This document shows, in pieces, positions 1-12,290 of a DNA stretch of 64,000 bases. How positions within the stretch are numbered: the stretch's first letter is position 1; every line of letters begins with the position of its first letter. Source of the stretch: Spirogloea muscicola (lineage: Eukaryota); the NCBI GenBank assembly GCA_009602725.1, contig WELB01000015.1:630391-694390 (forward strand). The letters run 5' to 3'. The notes under the pieces are model-generated. The model did not search any database, was not told the origin of the DNA, and saw only the letters and a list, made by a program, of their open reading frames with translations. The position numbers were made by a program, and so were the translations under genes.

Positions 1-273
1 GCCTGGCCGTCTCGCTGCAGAGGTCCATGGCCCGGGCGCTGCACCTTCGTGCCGGCAGAGCCCTCGCTGCTGCCTCTGGCTCTGGCCAGGGGACCCACTT
101 CCAGGAGCCCAGCATCTCTGATCTGCGGCTGCTTAGCAGGGGTTACTGAGTGTCTCGTAGCAGCTTTGTTTCTGTTACTTAGCGCTTCCCCTGGCCCCCT
201 TCTCGTACTCCGTTCATTCTTTTTCGGGCTGGTTGTTCCAGCCCCTATTCTCAATGGGCGAGCACTTTCTTCT
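1..273 (+). mobile_element. 3' end of a CRE-like (RLE) non-LTR retrotransposon, subfamily A
   Basis: Translates to LAVSLQRSMARALHLRAGRALAAASGSGQGTHFQEPSISDLRLLSRGY*, resembling the RL(S/A)xxLQR C-terminal motif of CRE-clade ORFs. The 3' UTR has a GGGCTGG-N5-CCAGCCC hairpin and a TTC tail. Nearly identical to 13583-13783 (-). Confidence 0.75.
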
Positions 274-384
274 ACGTGGCCCGAGGGTTGGGAGCCAGCT
301 CGACGAGACTTATCAGATACGTCACACAATCTGGGAAGGGCCGGGAGAGAAACTGCACTCCAATGATGGCCAATCACTGTGACG

Positions 385-1300
385 GGATAAAGAGGAGCTC
401 GCCCATAAAGAAGAGGAGCTGGCAGAAGCCAGCCATAAGACGAATGCACAAAAACCAAAGAGCCACAACAGGTGCCGGAAAGATGGGAAATACACAGCTA
501 GGCATCTAGACAACTAGACACGACGGGACCACAGGAAGCTCAAGAGAAAAGCTCGTCCAAGAGAAAGGACGAGCTTCCCCAGCCTCCTGCGCCGGCACCA
601 TACCTTGTTTGGAACGAGCCGCCGTACCACGCGCTCCGCCGGTGGGGTCCAGCCCCCGTGGCGTCTTTCCCCCCGTGGGCCGCACCCTCGGTGGGCCATC
701 ATCCGCCGTCTCACAAAACAGCCCCGCGTCCGCTACGCCTCTCCATAGAGCAGCAGTTCCATGCAAGGCAATGGCTGTGAGAGGCCAGCCCAATGGTCTG
801 TACAAGGCCTGAAGGGCCGGAAGGCGCAGAAGCAGGATACGCTTCTCCATGACTTTTGCAGGTGGACAAAGGCCGCAGGTCTACAGGCCGCAGCTGCCTC
901 GCCAGGCTGCCATCTCGGCATCGGCGTCGGCCCAGCGGACCGTTCCGAAGCCACCATCGTTGCATCTGTAGTCTTGCATAGCTGTGTGGTTTTGGCACCT
1001 TCTGGCCCCTTTTGCTGTCTCCCTTCAACGCTTCCTAGCTCTCCCAGTGCACTTGCTGGCAGGTTGCACTATGGCTGCTGCTTCTGGGTCTCGCGGGGGT
1101 GCCTCTTTTCCAGCTGCAAGTCACTCCGACTTCTGTTGTGTTTCTCGGACCTTGGTCAACCTTTCTGGGCTGGCATTTCACAGGCCCCGCCCCGTCGGGA
1201 AAGGAAGCGTCTGCTCCCTGGGAAGAAGTGGACTCCCACAGATGACAAGGGCTATGAAACAAATTGCTGTGAGAAGCCAGCCCGAACGTGAAGCTCGGGA
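385..1300. repeat. Mosaic of degenerate CRE-like 3'-UTR fragments on both strands
   Basis: Recurrent GGGCTGGC..CAGCC hairpin motifs and gctcgcccataaag / ggctgtgagaggccagccc motifs shared with many other copies in the window. Confidence 0.55.
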
Positions 1301-2077
1301 AGAGCTTCAACACTTGTTGCGGAGGCGGCTACTCAGGACAAGGGTGGCGGGCCCCGCGGTCACGCGCACGGGCTCTGTCCCGCCCGGATGGAGCCCGGCT
1401 CCTGGATGGCCAAATTGGCGGCCACGGAGCGCGCCCGGAACGGCTCCCGCCCCGCCGCTGAGCAAACCCCCCCCCCAAGTCCACCACTTCCCAGCCGCTC
1501 GTCTCGCGACGGTACCGCCGCTGGGGGCTCCCCGTCAGCCAGAGCGCCAGATGTGGCTGGGGCCCACCACTCTGGCGGCGGCCGCCGACCGCAACCCGCC
1601 CCCGCCGCCGCGTCGCCGTTGACTCAAGCGTCAGCTGACGCGGCCCGCCCGCCGCCGCACGCGCCCCCCCGCCGCCCGCCAGCGGGCGGCCGGAAGCCGG
1701 TGCCGCCGGCGGCAATGATGGCACCACTTTCGAGCCACGCGTCGCGCCCCGGATTGCCAGATTTAGCTGGCGGAGGTGCGGGGCCCCGCCGACCCGGCTG
1801 CCCAGCAGCCGCCAACCGTCCACAACCGTGCGACAGGTAAGTCCGGCAGGCCCGCACCGACCGATCTGCCGCCATCTTGGAGGCACGCTTCGGCGGGCGC
1901 TCCGAGCTTCCCGGCGTCGCGCACGCACTCCGTGCACGACTCTGCGACGTCGGCGGCAGGCGCACGTGTCGGCCCGCCCCAAAAGGACACCTTTGTCCTT
2001 ACCGGTGGTTTCGTCGGCACGCGCCCAGGCTGGGGCGGCGGCAGCCACCGCGGCTCCTTCCTTCTGCGGCGGTGCCT

Positions 2078-5000
2078 TGGGAGCCTAGCATCTCTGATCT
2101 GCGGCTGCTTAGCAGGGGTTACTGATGAATTCGTAGCTGCTTTGTTTCTTTGTGGGCTTGCTTTTCTTAGCGCTTCCCCTGACCCCCTTCTCGTACTCTG
2201 TTCATTCCTTTTTTTGGGCTGGCCTTTCCAGCCCCTATCCCCAATGGGCGAGCACTTTTTAATGCCCATCTCGGCTCTAATCATGAACCATCTAATCCTT
2301 TCCTCAACGGGCGAGCCGTTCTTTGTTCAATCCTTCGAGCTGTGATTCTGGTCCCGGCGACGCCGTCAGCCAGCGTGCCCCGTTTGCATCGGCCACCGTG
2401 CCCCGTTAGCGCCGCCCGGGCCAAGGAGTTACAAGCACGCTGACCACCCGCAGGAAGACGAGTTCTTCTTCCCGCTCGCCATTCTTCTTTTAGGCTGGCT
2501 TAGCCAGCCCTTGTTCTCTCAGAGCGAGCAACTCTTTCATCGACACCCACAGTGCGTTGGGCGCTCGGTGACTCGAGCTACTCAACCAGCTCTCGCGCCG
2601 ATCCCATGGGGAGCCGGTGGAGCCGCTGCAGCAGGCTCGCTTGCGCAGGTGTACCGCGTGCGCCTGTCCTGTCTCGCTGCAGAGGTCCATAGCCGGGCGC
2701 GCTGCATCTGCATGCCGGTCGTGCCCTAGCGGGTCAATCTACTGTAGATTATGTAGATCTATAGATGTGCTTGCCTTTGTACTTGGCTACTTGGCCTACA
2801 TTTGTTTCAAATACACGGAATTGTCCTAGCTGCAGCCTGTCCATTCTTCTGTCCATTCTTTTTGGGCTGGCTTTGCCAGCTCCTCTTCTCTGTGGGTGAG
2901 CAATTTCTTCTGGCCCTGGCTCGGGGACCCGCTACCAGGAGCCCAGTTTCTCCGACCTGCGGCTGCTTAACAGGGGTCCACTGCGTGACTCGTAGCTGCT
3001 AGCTTTAGCGCTTTCCCTTGGCCCCTTCGACCTTTACTCAGTCTTTCTTCTGGGCTGGCCTCTTCCAGCCACCACTACCTCATGAAAGCGTCGTTCTCTT
3101 TCCCATTTGCACCATCGTCCGCTAGCTCGGCCCATCGCCTAGTACAGAATCGGGGATACTGTGAAGCTCTCGTTCGAACTTTCTTCATTCTTTTCTCTGT
3201 GCTGGCCTCTCCCAGCCACCGCCTTCTCCTGGAAGCGCCTTTCCCTGTTCGAGGTAGCCTCTTGCATAGCTGTGTGATTTTGGCGCCTCTCAGCCTTGGG
3301 GCCTTGTTAATTCTTTCAAGGCTGGCCTCTCACAGTTACTGCCTTGATTTGGACGAGCTCTTGTATACTCTTTTGGGCTGGCAGCCTGGTTGCAATTCAT
3401 TTTCAATCCGAGTATCCATTCTTTCTCCCCCTTTAGAACAGCTACTTATCATTCTTTCTGGGCTGGCCTCCCACAGGCATCGTCCCTTCCCTTTGTGCAT
3501 AGGCGCGCAGGCCGGGCCTTGGCTGCGCCATTTGGTCTCGACGTGGATACACTTTCCCTGCTGTTCTCATTTGACTCGCGCTTGCTGAGTGGCTGTCTGT
3601 AGTCGAAAGTCAAGCCCTTCATTCCCTGGGGTCTGTGCTCTCTCTCTGATTATTCATCGCATGTACATTACTATTACGTCGGCCTGGCCCTTCGGGCTAA
3701 CCAGAGCTAGACAGAGTTTAGTTGGTGGCGGAAGGGCTTGGAGTTGCCGTCCGCTTCCGGGCATTGCTCAGCAACCTCTACTTGCTATGGTGGTTACTCA
3801 ACGGGTCAGCATAGCAGCAGATAACTTACTGTATTACATGTGCTTGCCTTTAGACTTGACCATGCAGGCCCAAGGAAGTGGCTCTCCCAGATTGACAGCG
3901 GTGGCTATCAGAGGCCAGCCCAAAGGAATTGACAAAGTCTGCAAGGGCCGGATGGCGCAAAAAGCAGGAGACTACGCTTCAAGATGTCAGCAGGTGGATT
4001 CTCAGTAACCTCGTCAGGAAATGCTCGGATCAGCCAGTGGGAGACGAGTTTGTCCCATTTGCCGTTGACGTATACGGAGCTATTGGGACATAATGGCTTG
4101 ACCTTCTTCATCGCCTTGCGCGGCGTGCGGTGGCCCGCCGCCACGGGCAGCAGAGCGAGCAGCCTGGCTTCAATGTCGCCGGGTCTCTCGCTCAAGTCTT
4201 CCGGATGCGCTTGGCCATTTCTTTGCAGTGGTCCCTTGCCTTCGCGGTCCACTTGCGCGCAGGCCGTGCTTTGGCTGCGGCCTCCAGCTTCCGTCAGGGC
4301 GACGTCTATCCGCCTGCTAGCTATTCCAGCCCCTATTCTCAATGGGCGAGCACTTTCTCTTATTCTGATTTGCATCTACTGACTAGAGGTTACTGAGTCC
4401 CCTTGCTGCCGTCTTAGCACTTAGTACCTTGCATTCTGCACCATCTGGCTCCTTCAGACCTTGTCCATTCCATTGGGCTGGCCTCTGAGCCACCAGTCAT
4501 TCTGGCCGCGCTTTCTTCTTGTCAGTAAGTGCAGGTCGGACATAAGTAGAGGGCGGGAAAACCCCCTTCTCGTACTCTGTTCATTCTTTTTGGGGCTGGC
4601 TTTTCCAGCCCCTATCCTCAATGGGCGAGCACTCTCTCCTGAAAATGTCGCCCCGACGGAAGCCGGAGGCAGCAGCCAATGCGCGGCCTGCCGCATGTGG
4701 AAGGCAAAGGCAAGAGACCACTGCAGGGAGATGGCCATGCGCACTGAGGCGCATCAGGCCCTCCATCACGTAATACACGGGTTCTGCCTCTCCCCTCCTC
4801 TTACCAATTTCTCCTTCCTGCAAGCACTCGTTGCTTGCTGTAGATTGCGGCCAGGCACTCGCGGTACACCAGCGTACTGGGCGCGCATTAGGCCAGGCTA
4901 ATGGCTTCCGTGGTGGTGGTCTGGCTCCTCAGCTTAGCTTGTCAGATATGTATGTGCTAACTCGAGGATCTTAGTGTCCCCTTAGCCAGCTTATTGCCCT

Positions 5001-5245
5001 GTTACCAGGATATCTGTGAAGCTCGATTTGGCCTCCCTATAAATTTCAAGTGCACTGCGAGCGTTTTCCCTCATTAGTTCTCAGTGCCACTATCTCTCAA
5101 TCGCCAAAGACAGCGCTTCCAAATTGACTGGTGGCTGTGAGAGGCCAGCCCAAAAGAATGGACAAGGTCTGGAATGGCGTAAAAAGCAAAATACTAATTG
5201 CTAAGCCAGCAGCAAGGGGGCTCTCAGTAACCGCGAGTTAGCAAG
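2078..5245. mobile_element. Nested cluster of truncated CRE-like retrotransposon ends
   Basis: Subfamily A ends at 2078-2260 and 4560-4640. Degenerate RLE coding pieces at 2530-2728 (+), 4037-4396 (+) and 4640-4745 (-). Several LTRGY*-type termini. Confidence 0.7.
4037..4396 (+). pseudogene. Decayed C-terminus of the RLE endonuclease domain of a CRE-like element
   Basis: GDEFVPFAVDVYGAIGT*WLDLLHRLARRAVARRHGQQSE..GSLAQVFRMRLAISLQWSLAFAVHLRAGRALAAA..SDLHLLTRGY* fits the F-x-P-x-A-x-(E/D)-x-x-G ... RL-x-x-x-LQ pattern. Contains an internal stop. Confidence 0.7.
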
Positions 5246-5456
5246 TGCAAGTCAGAGTAACTTACAGGCGGATTGTCAAGACTGCAGCCTCTGCTGGTGG
5301 GCTGCTGCAGCAAGCGGCGCCAGGCACGGCCGGGGGCCACCACGCAGGCTCGGCATTAGTGCCCAGGTCTTGCGACGCCTGCTCCCCTTGCCGCCACCCC
5401 TTCCTCCCCGCTTCTTTGTCCTCCTCACCCACCTCTTTTTCCCAACTTCACACACA

Positions 5457-5458
<2 letters not shown>

Positions 5459-5553
<95 letters not shown>
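5459..5553. repeat. (CT)n microsatellite ending at a 1-N gap
   Basis: Directly visible. Confidence 0.98.
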
Positions 5554-5554
5554 N

Positions 5555-6311
5555 GCGGCAGCCGAGGCTGAGCCGGTGAAGAGCCCATTCGATTACGCTG
5601 AGGAGGACGTCGGCGGCTCGGCGACTGGAAGCGGCGACGGCAGCGCCGGCAGCGCCGGCAGCAACTGGACACTGGGACTCAGCGAGCCGCTGGCAGCACC
5701 GGTTGCGGCGGCTGCACAGGAGGAGGGAGGCAGACGGAGGGCGGTGAAAGCTGGGCTGACTGCTCCTGCAGCAAAAGATAAGCAATTGTTGTGGAAGTTG
5801 GGGGCAACGGCAGCATCAAGTGGCGGCAGCGGCCGCTTGGAGGACCGCACGAACGTAGGCCGCCCAGCAGCGGCGAATGCTGGCAAGGGCGGTGGTCCCG
5901 GGGGGAAGCTGGAGGCGGTGTGGTCCAGCAGCAGCCGTGCGACGTCCATGGCAGGAGCGATGGCGGCGGCCGCAGGCGGCGAGAACGTGCAGCCAGGCAG
6001 CGTAGAGGACCTTGCCGCCATCGTGACGCCGACGGCGCTGCCTGAGCTCGCGGACGATGAGCCGCTGGTAAGTTTGGCATTAGTGATGATAATGGTGATT
6101 CTTCTGATAATTCTTAGATTGTCCTCCATAATGCGTACTTGCCTCCCTCGCTTCACCTCCCCATCTCCGACCTCCTCTCTCCCCCCCCTCCTACCGCCTC
6201 TGTCAACGCAGTCTGATTAATAGCAGCTGTTGCTAACTGGGTCGTGGCCGCCTGCTGGCTTTACTATTGCCACAGGAAACGATGCGCCTGCGGCGGCGTC
6301 GTGTACGCTGA
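5555..6311 (+). CDS. 3' part of an unknown Gly/Ala/Ser-rich protein gene; 5' end lost at the N
   Basis: Open frame 5555-6067 ends at a strong donor (CTG|GTAAGT). Candidate last exon 6276-6311 (cacag|ETMRLRRRRVR*). No recognisable domain. Confidence 0.4.
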
Positions 6312-6439
6312 CCCCAGCAGCCAGTCCATGCCAGCGGTGAGAGTGTAAGCCGCCTGCCACTGTCCCTCCAAGGAGGCAGCAGTGGTCGTGAAGCGGCCGT
6401 TGTACTGGTGCTGGCTGAGGGGTGGGGGAAGGAGAAGCA

Positions 6440-6530
6440 TGAAACCCGAAAACCCTAAAATATAAGCCCTAAAATCTGCATTCTATACCCCAAGCCCTAA
6501 ACCCGAAGCCCCCAGATCCTGAACCCTAAG
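6440..6530 (+). repeat. Degenerate telomere-like (AAACCCT-type) tract
   Basis: aaaccctaaaa, aagccctaaa, gaaccctaag units. Confidence 0.7.
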
Positions 6531-7039
6531 TGCGGGGCTCTTGATGTTCGCGATGGGCAGGCACACCTGAGGACCAAGGCATCGACCCTTCTTTGTCATG
6601 GGAGCCACTTTGCTCGCTCACTTTGTTGTAGAGGCCTTGTTGCCAGGCTTTTCTCTCCCAGCACTTGTCATCCAGCAGCAGGTAAAAGCTCTGGTGAAGG
6701 ACATGCACTCTCGGCCCTGGTTGAAATGACACAGCCCTAAAAGGCTCGACCTTCTCTCGACTACTGTCTGGAGCTGGTCTTGTGCTGCTAGGTCTTTGCC
6801 TCACCTTTGCCGCCCTTGTCCGGTTAAGCTTGTTTTTGCAAAATCTGCAATTAGTCAAGGTGCGCCTTCTAGCACAATACGTACACATAAGAAGATGAAT
6901 GTTGTAGCTTAGTTACACATTAGATGGCTTCCCTGCTTCTACCGCAGTTGCCTGACAAAATGTTTGTAAGATTGTTGTCAAAATTCATCCAACAGCTTCG
7001 AGATTGGGGACTTTGCCAGTGTCGATTGTATTCTTATTG

Positions 7040-8325
7040 TGAGGTAGTGCGCTTGCGAGCGGGCCGCGCTTTGGCTGCTACTTTTGGGTCTCAAGATTCC
7101 TCTTACAGCTGCAACCTACTCCATTTGCTTCTAAGTCGACTTGCTTCTGAGTCTCGTCAGGTTGCCTCTTTTCCAAGTTACTCCGACTTGCTGCTAACCC
7201 GCCGTTACTAAGACCCCATTCGCTGTAGTCTCTTGCATAGCTGTGTGATCTGGCGCCTTTCGGCCCTTTGGACCTTGTCCGTTCTTTCTAGGCTGGCTTC
7301 TCACAGCCCCCGCCCCCTTCAGTAGTGGACATCGTCCTGCTCTGGCTGATCCTGTGTCCTGCTCTGGCTGATCCTGTGTGTTGCTCCTTTCTTTCACATT
7401 CAGCACCCTCCGCTTCTTGTCTCCTACTCAGGGCTCCACTGCACGTCTACCTCTGTCCGATGGAACAGCAGACCATCACAGCCATTGCCCTCTACTGGAA
7501 GTGTCTTTCTTCTTGGCAGATCGCCCTCACCGTGGCGGTTTAGACGCAGATCCCCTCATAGCGGCACACAGATATCGATCTCACACAGAAAGCACTCACA
7601 CTGACACAGACAGCTGAGGCTCCGACCTCATACAGATTCCGACCTCACACAGAGATCAGCTAACACGTCAGACAGACAGCTGAGGCTCCGCCCTGACATT
7701 AAGTGACAGCCATGGCTCGGGCGCACCTACTCACCAGTCGCCTCAGATCCAGAATCAGGACTGAAGCCCGGTGTACCCGGCCACCCCTTGTCATAGGAGC
7801 ACTCACAAGGTCCACCGGGCTGAGTCAGATAACCAGCCTAATTTGCTGGTTCACCATAAGAAGAGCTCGGTTTTTTTTTTCGGTGAACCAGCGAGTTGGG
7901 CTGGGGAACCACTGTCAACTACGGTAGCATGCTGATTAGCGAGTCGGCTGGGCTGGCCTCTCACAGCCATCGCCCACGACAGTCGTCCCTGGGCAGGAGC
8001 CCCACAGCCTGGTGTAAGGCCGCCTTGCCATCCGAGGCATACTCGTTCCTCACTAGGACCTGTGAGTCGCGAACGGCTTGGGAATGCTCTCCGGCTGCTA
8101 GTCTTTGGGATGTGCGGCTCCTCACTCGTGGTTACCGAGTGATCCATCCTACACAAGCTCTGAGACAGCGCTCTTGGCCCCTTCGGACCTTGTCATCCCT
8201 TTTCGGGCTGGCTGTTCACAGCCCTTGCACTCTTTGGAAGCGCCACTTCTCCGAGGGGCCGAGGGCTGTGAAAAGGTGCCCGAAGGTTGGACAAGCTCCG
8301 AAGGGGCCGGAAAGCGCTGAAACCT
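7040..8325 (+). mobile_element. Region holding old CRE-like 3' ends (about 7040-7330 and 7945-8325)
   Basis: VRLRAGRALAA..SYSDLLLTRRY* at 7047-7211 and SLWDVRLLTRGY at about 8100-8136, each followed by a ggcccxttcggaccttgtc / gggctggc..cacagcc UTR. Confidence 0.6.
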
Positions 8326-8644
8326 ACGACTAAGCAAGTACCACGAAGGCTGGTCAGTCAGTGACGACCTGAGAAGGCAAGTCGGGGGCACTGCAGAAGC
8401 CTGGGAACGCTGGAGCGAGATTAAGAGTGGGAGTCAACAAAATGCAGGATTTGGCATCCGGGGGCTCCTGCCATACGAGAGATGCTGGGGCGTGCGTGAG
8501 CCTTTTCTGGACCTGTGTCAAGCCTACGAGAAGCATACGGAGAGTGTTGCGGTGAGCGGCCCTTTTCATAGTGTTGCCTCTGCAAGACCTACACAAAGAG
8601 AATACCTTGCCCACAAAGCGGCAGGTTGCAATAATCACTTGAAG

Positions 8645-11163
8645 TGTAACGATATTTACATAGCATGACAGTCTATATTGCAGGCAAGGCTTAACAGAGG
8701 CCTGGAGAATAGACAACTCACCAGGCTGATGAACATTCAACTGACTGCCGCAGGAAAATGCTTGCAAGATGCCTGGAGACTAGGCACTTAACCAGACTGA
8801 CGATCGGGGAGGTTGGTCTGCTTCCACGAGCGGAACGGCGCATATCCGGAGTGGTGGTGCAAGACAGCATGGTGCTGGTGCTGGAACGGCGATGGGAGGC
8901 GACCACTGCTGAGACTGCCCTTAACGGTTCCGTTAGTGGGAGCTGAGAATTATGTAGACGTCAAACCGCTTGCGCTAGCCCGTGGGTAGCAAACCGTTAG
9001 TGGCTCTGATGGGCCACTGACTGGTAGGTGACGGGAGGTTGCCCTAGACCAATGGGGTAGACTGTCGCTCTGTACACCGTTGGTAGCCGCCGACAAATCG
9101 TAGCCGTGAATGGAGGCCTCGGTGGAATGTTCCATGTGGCCGACTGCGGGGAATCCCGGGGCCCGTCAGCTATATAAGAAAGTGCCCGCCCATAGAGAAG
9201 AGGGGCTGGCAAAGCCAACCCAAAAAGAATGGCCAATGTTCAAAGCCAAAGAAAGAAGTGCTGAAAAAGGACTACACTACAAAGTGCAAGACGGTGCAGA
9301 GGGAGATGCAGATGGATGCTCAGTATCCACGTGTGAGCAACAGCAACTATATACGAGTGCTTTGAGAGGGAAAGAGAGAAAGCGCGCGGGGCGCATGAAT
9401 TGAAAGGGAGGCCAATTCAAGCCAATACATTGTTCAGGCAGAGTCGAGTGCAGACTAAACAATGCTACATAATACGGAGACCTAATCTAAGGTACCTAAG
9501 ATGACATTAGTACCCACGGGTGAGCACAAACAAATCTGACAAGCTAACTTGGGGAGCTGGAGCGCCGCCACGAAAGCCAAAGGAAAATTTCGTGTATTTG
9601 AAACAGTCGAAGGCCAGTATGGCCAAGTACAGAGGTAAGCACATCTTATGACGTAGCAGCAAAGGGGAAAGTGACTTCTTCACTCTCCTTCTCACCCCTT
9701 GGGCGTCACCCTTGCATTTTGCCGTTGCATTTTTACCGATACATCCCTTTCCCACTGCTTGCGCCACCTTCCCTTGCTTGCCGGCAGCCGGGCATGACGA
9801 TCCTTACAAATGATATCAGAGGCGGCAAGCCCTCGCCAGCCCGCTCACGCGGTGACGCGCCATGGCAGGCAAGAAGGTGCCCTGCAGGAGCGGGACGGGG
9901 CCAGCGCGGCTGCAACCATTCTGCAAGCGAGCCGCCGTGAGACTGCTTGCAACGATGCTCAGCGTGAAAGGGCTTCTCTTCCTGCATCATGGGTGAGTTC
10001 TCGGGACCTGGCGGCTGGCGACCGCTGGGTGCTGCGAGCCTCAGACCTAGCGACTGGCGACCGCTGGGTGCTGTTAGTCCTAGGGTCCTAGCGGCTGGCG
10101 ACCGTTGGGTACTCAGGGGGCCGAGGAAGGACCGTTGCCGCCAGCAATGGCAGCAACGGCGGGTTCGGCAGGGGTCCAGAGAAACCATTGCCGCCAGCCA
10201 AGGCGGCAAGGCCATGAGTGGTTCTCGCTGTCATCACATCACCAATCTTTCTTGTTGGCATCCAACAAGCTCTCTAATGTCTGTGGTAATGCTGTGACTA
10301 GTTTAAGCCGAACCCCAAATTGACTGGCATAGCCACCGTGGGTGATGGCCGCAGGTCCATGGTGTTATCGCAGATAACTCCATAGGAGGGCAACATCTTG
10401 TATCCTAGGCTGAGGCCTGGTGGTAAGGGGTGGCGTGCGAGGACGCTCCGCCTGTAAGGGGGGTGCTATGTAACGATAATTACGCAGGATGACAGTCTAT
10501 ATTGCAGGCAAGGCTTGACAGATGCCTGGAGACTAGACAACTCACCAGGCTGATGAACATTTGACTGTCAGTGCCGCAGGAAAAGGCTTGCAAGATGCCT
10601 GTAGACTAGGCACTTCACCAGACAAACGATCGGGGAGGTTGGTCTGCTTCCTCGAGCGGAACGGCGCATTCGGGAGTCGTGGCGCAAGACAGCATGGTGC
10701 TGGCGCTGGAACGGCGATGGGAGGCGACCGCTGCTGAGACTGCCCTTAGCGGTTCCGTTAGTAGGACCTGACAATCATGTAGACGTCAGACCGCTTGCGC
10801 TAGCCCATGGGTAGCAAACCGTTAGTGGCTTTGATGGGCCACCAACTGATAGTTGACGGGAGGTTACCCTAGACCAATGGGGTAGACTGTTGCTTTGTAC
10901 ACCGTTGGTAGCCGTTGACAAATCGTAGCCGTCGATGGAGGCCTGGGTGAAAGATTACCATGTGGCCGACTGCGGGGAAACCCGGGGCCCGTCAGCTATG
11001 TAAGAGTGCTCTGATGAGAGGAGGAGTGAGTTCTCCACTCTCCTTCCCACCCCTTGGACCTCATCCTTGCATGTTGCCGTTGCAGTGTTACTGTTGCATC
11101 CCCTTCCCACTGCTTGCGCCACCTTCCCTTGCTTGCCGGCAGCCGGGCATGACGATCCTTACA
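8645..11163 (+). mobile_element. Complete non-autonomous LTR retroelement (TRIM/LARD-like)
   Basis: 5' LTR 8645-9808 (interrupted at 9180-9660) and 3' LTR 10469-11163, both TGTAA...TTACA. Degenerate tRNA-iMet PBS TGATATCAGAGG at 9811-9822. PPT AAGGGGGG at 10456-10463. 5-bp TSD TGAAG at 8640-8644 and 11164-11168. The 660-bp interior has no gag/pol motif. Confidence 0.9.
9180..9660 (-). mobile_element. Three stacked CRE-like 3' ends inserted into the 5' LTR
   Basis: Absent from the 3' LTR. Includes PAPQVSLSDLFVLTRGY* plus UTR (about 9370-9570) and two other UTR types (about 9180-9340 and 9580-9660). Confidence 0.75.
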
Positions 11164-11419
11164 TGAAGCCTATCAGATTGCAACACATTGTGTTACTGTC
11201 TGATTGCTTCAGTCATCGTCTTAAGATCGAGAGCGCTGTATTGGGTGCTTGAGTCCACATTCTTGTACCTGTTGCCTGGGTGTATGCTCTTGCAGAATGC
11301 TTGCATACATATGAATGAAGATAAGATGCGGGTTTGACCCGAGAATCCGAGCACCCGTAGTCTAGTGGCCACCTTCGGGGGTCTCGTTTCTGGACGCCAA
11401 TCTCGATTCAACCATGCAA

Positions 11420-12130
11420 TTTGACGATTAGTGCTTAGCATGACAGTCAATGCTGCAAGCTAGGCTTGACAGATGCCTGGAGACTGGACAATTCACCAGG
11501 CTGATGAATATTGGACTGTCAATGCCGCAGGAAAAGGCTTGCAAGGTGCCTGGGCACTGGGCACTTCACCATGCTGACCATCGGGGAGGTTGTTCTGCTT
11601 CCTTGAGCGGAAACGGCGCATCCCAGAGTCGTGGCGAAAGACAGCATGGTGCTGGCGCTGGAACGGCGATGGGAGGCGACCGCTATGAGACTGCACTTGG
11701 CGAATTTGTTGAGGTGACTGACAATCATGTAGAAGTTGAACCGCTTGCGCTAGGCCGTGGGTAGCAAACCGTTAGTGGCTTTGACGGGCCATTGACTGGT
11801 AATAAACAAGAAATTATCCTAGACCAATGAGGTAGACTGTCACTTGTGCACCGTCAATAGCCGTCGTCAACAGAATGTGGACAAGTCGTTGACGGAGGCC
11901 TCGGTGCTATCATCCCTTGAGGCCGACTGCGGGGAAACTTGGGGCCCGTTAACTACATACAAGAGATCTGAGAGGGACAGGGGGTGACTTTCTCACCCAC
12001 CGTCGCACCCCTTGGACCTTACCCTTGCAGTTTGCCGCTGCATGTTATCATCAGAGCCCCTTCCCACTGCTCGTCCGACCTTTCTTGCTCGCCGTGAGCC
12101 CGGCTTGACGGTCCAGGGGTAATACTTACA
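11420..12130 (+). mobile_element. Diverged solo LTR of the same family
   Basis: Colinear with 10469-11163 throughout and ends in TTACA (12126-12130). The 5' end is eroded and no TSD was found. Confidence 0.8.
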
Positions 12131-12164
12131 GATGTAATGGAAGGCCAGAGTATCTAAGTACAAA

Positions 12165-12290
12165 AGAAGAAAGTGCTCGCCCATTGAGAATAGGGGCTGG
12201 AACAACCAGCCCGAAAAAGAATGAACAGAGTACGAGAAGGGGGCCAGGGGAAGCGCTAAGTAACAGAAACAAAGCTGCTACGAGACACTC
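12165..12290 (-). mobile_element. 5'-truncated CRE-like subfamily A copy
   Basis: Matches the UTR at about 148-273. TSD AGTACAAA at 12157-12164 and 12291-12298. Confidence 0.85.

Noticed and set aside
1320..2075. GC-rich ORFs on both strands
   Set aside because: Low-complexity translations with no domain or coherent splice pattern; more likely a promoter-like or repeat remnant.
7757..7915. H/ACA snoRNA (hinge AGATAA fits ANANNA)
   Set aside because: The second hairpin has no pseudouridylation pocket and no ACA box follows it.
8700..8775. Hammerhead ribozyme (retrozyme) in the LTR: cctgg..ccagg-CTGATGA...GAAA, also at about 10525-10590
   Set aside because: No NUH before stem I, no closable stem II or III. 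The motif comes from an internal tandem duplication of the LTR. The CTGATGA at 11011 has no GAAA partner and is not conserved in other copies.
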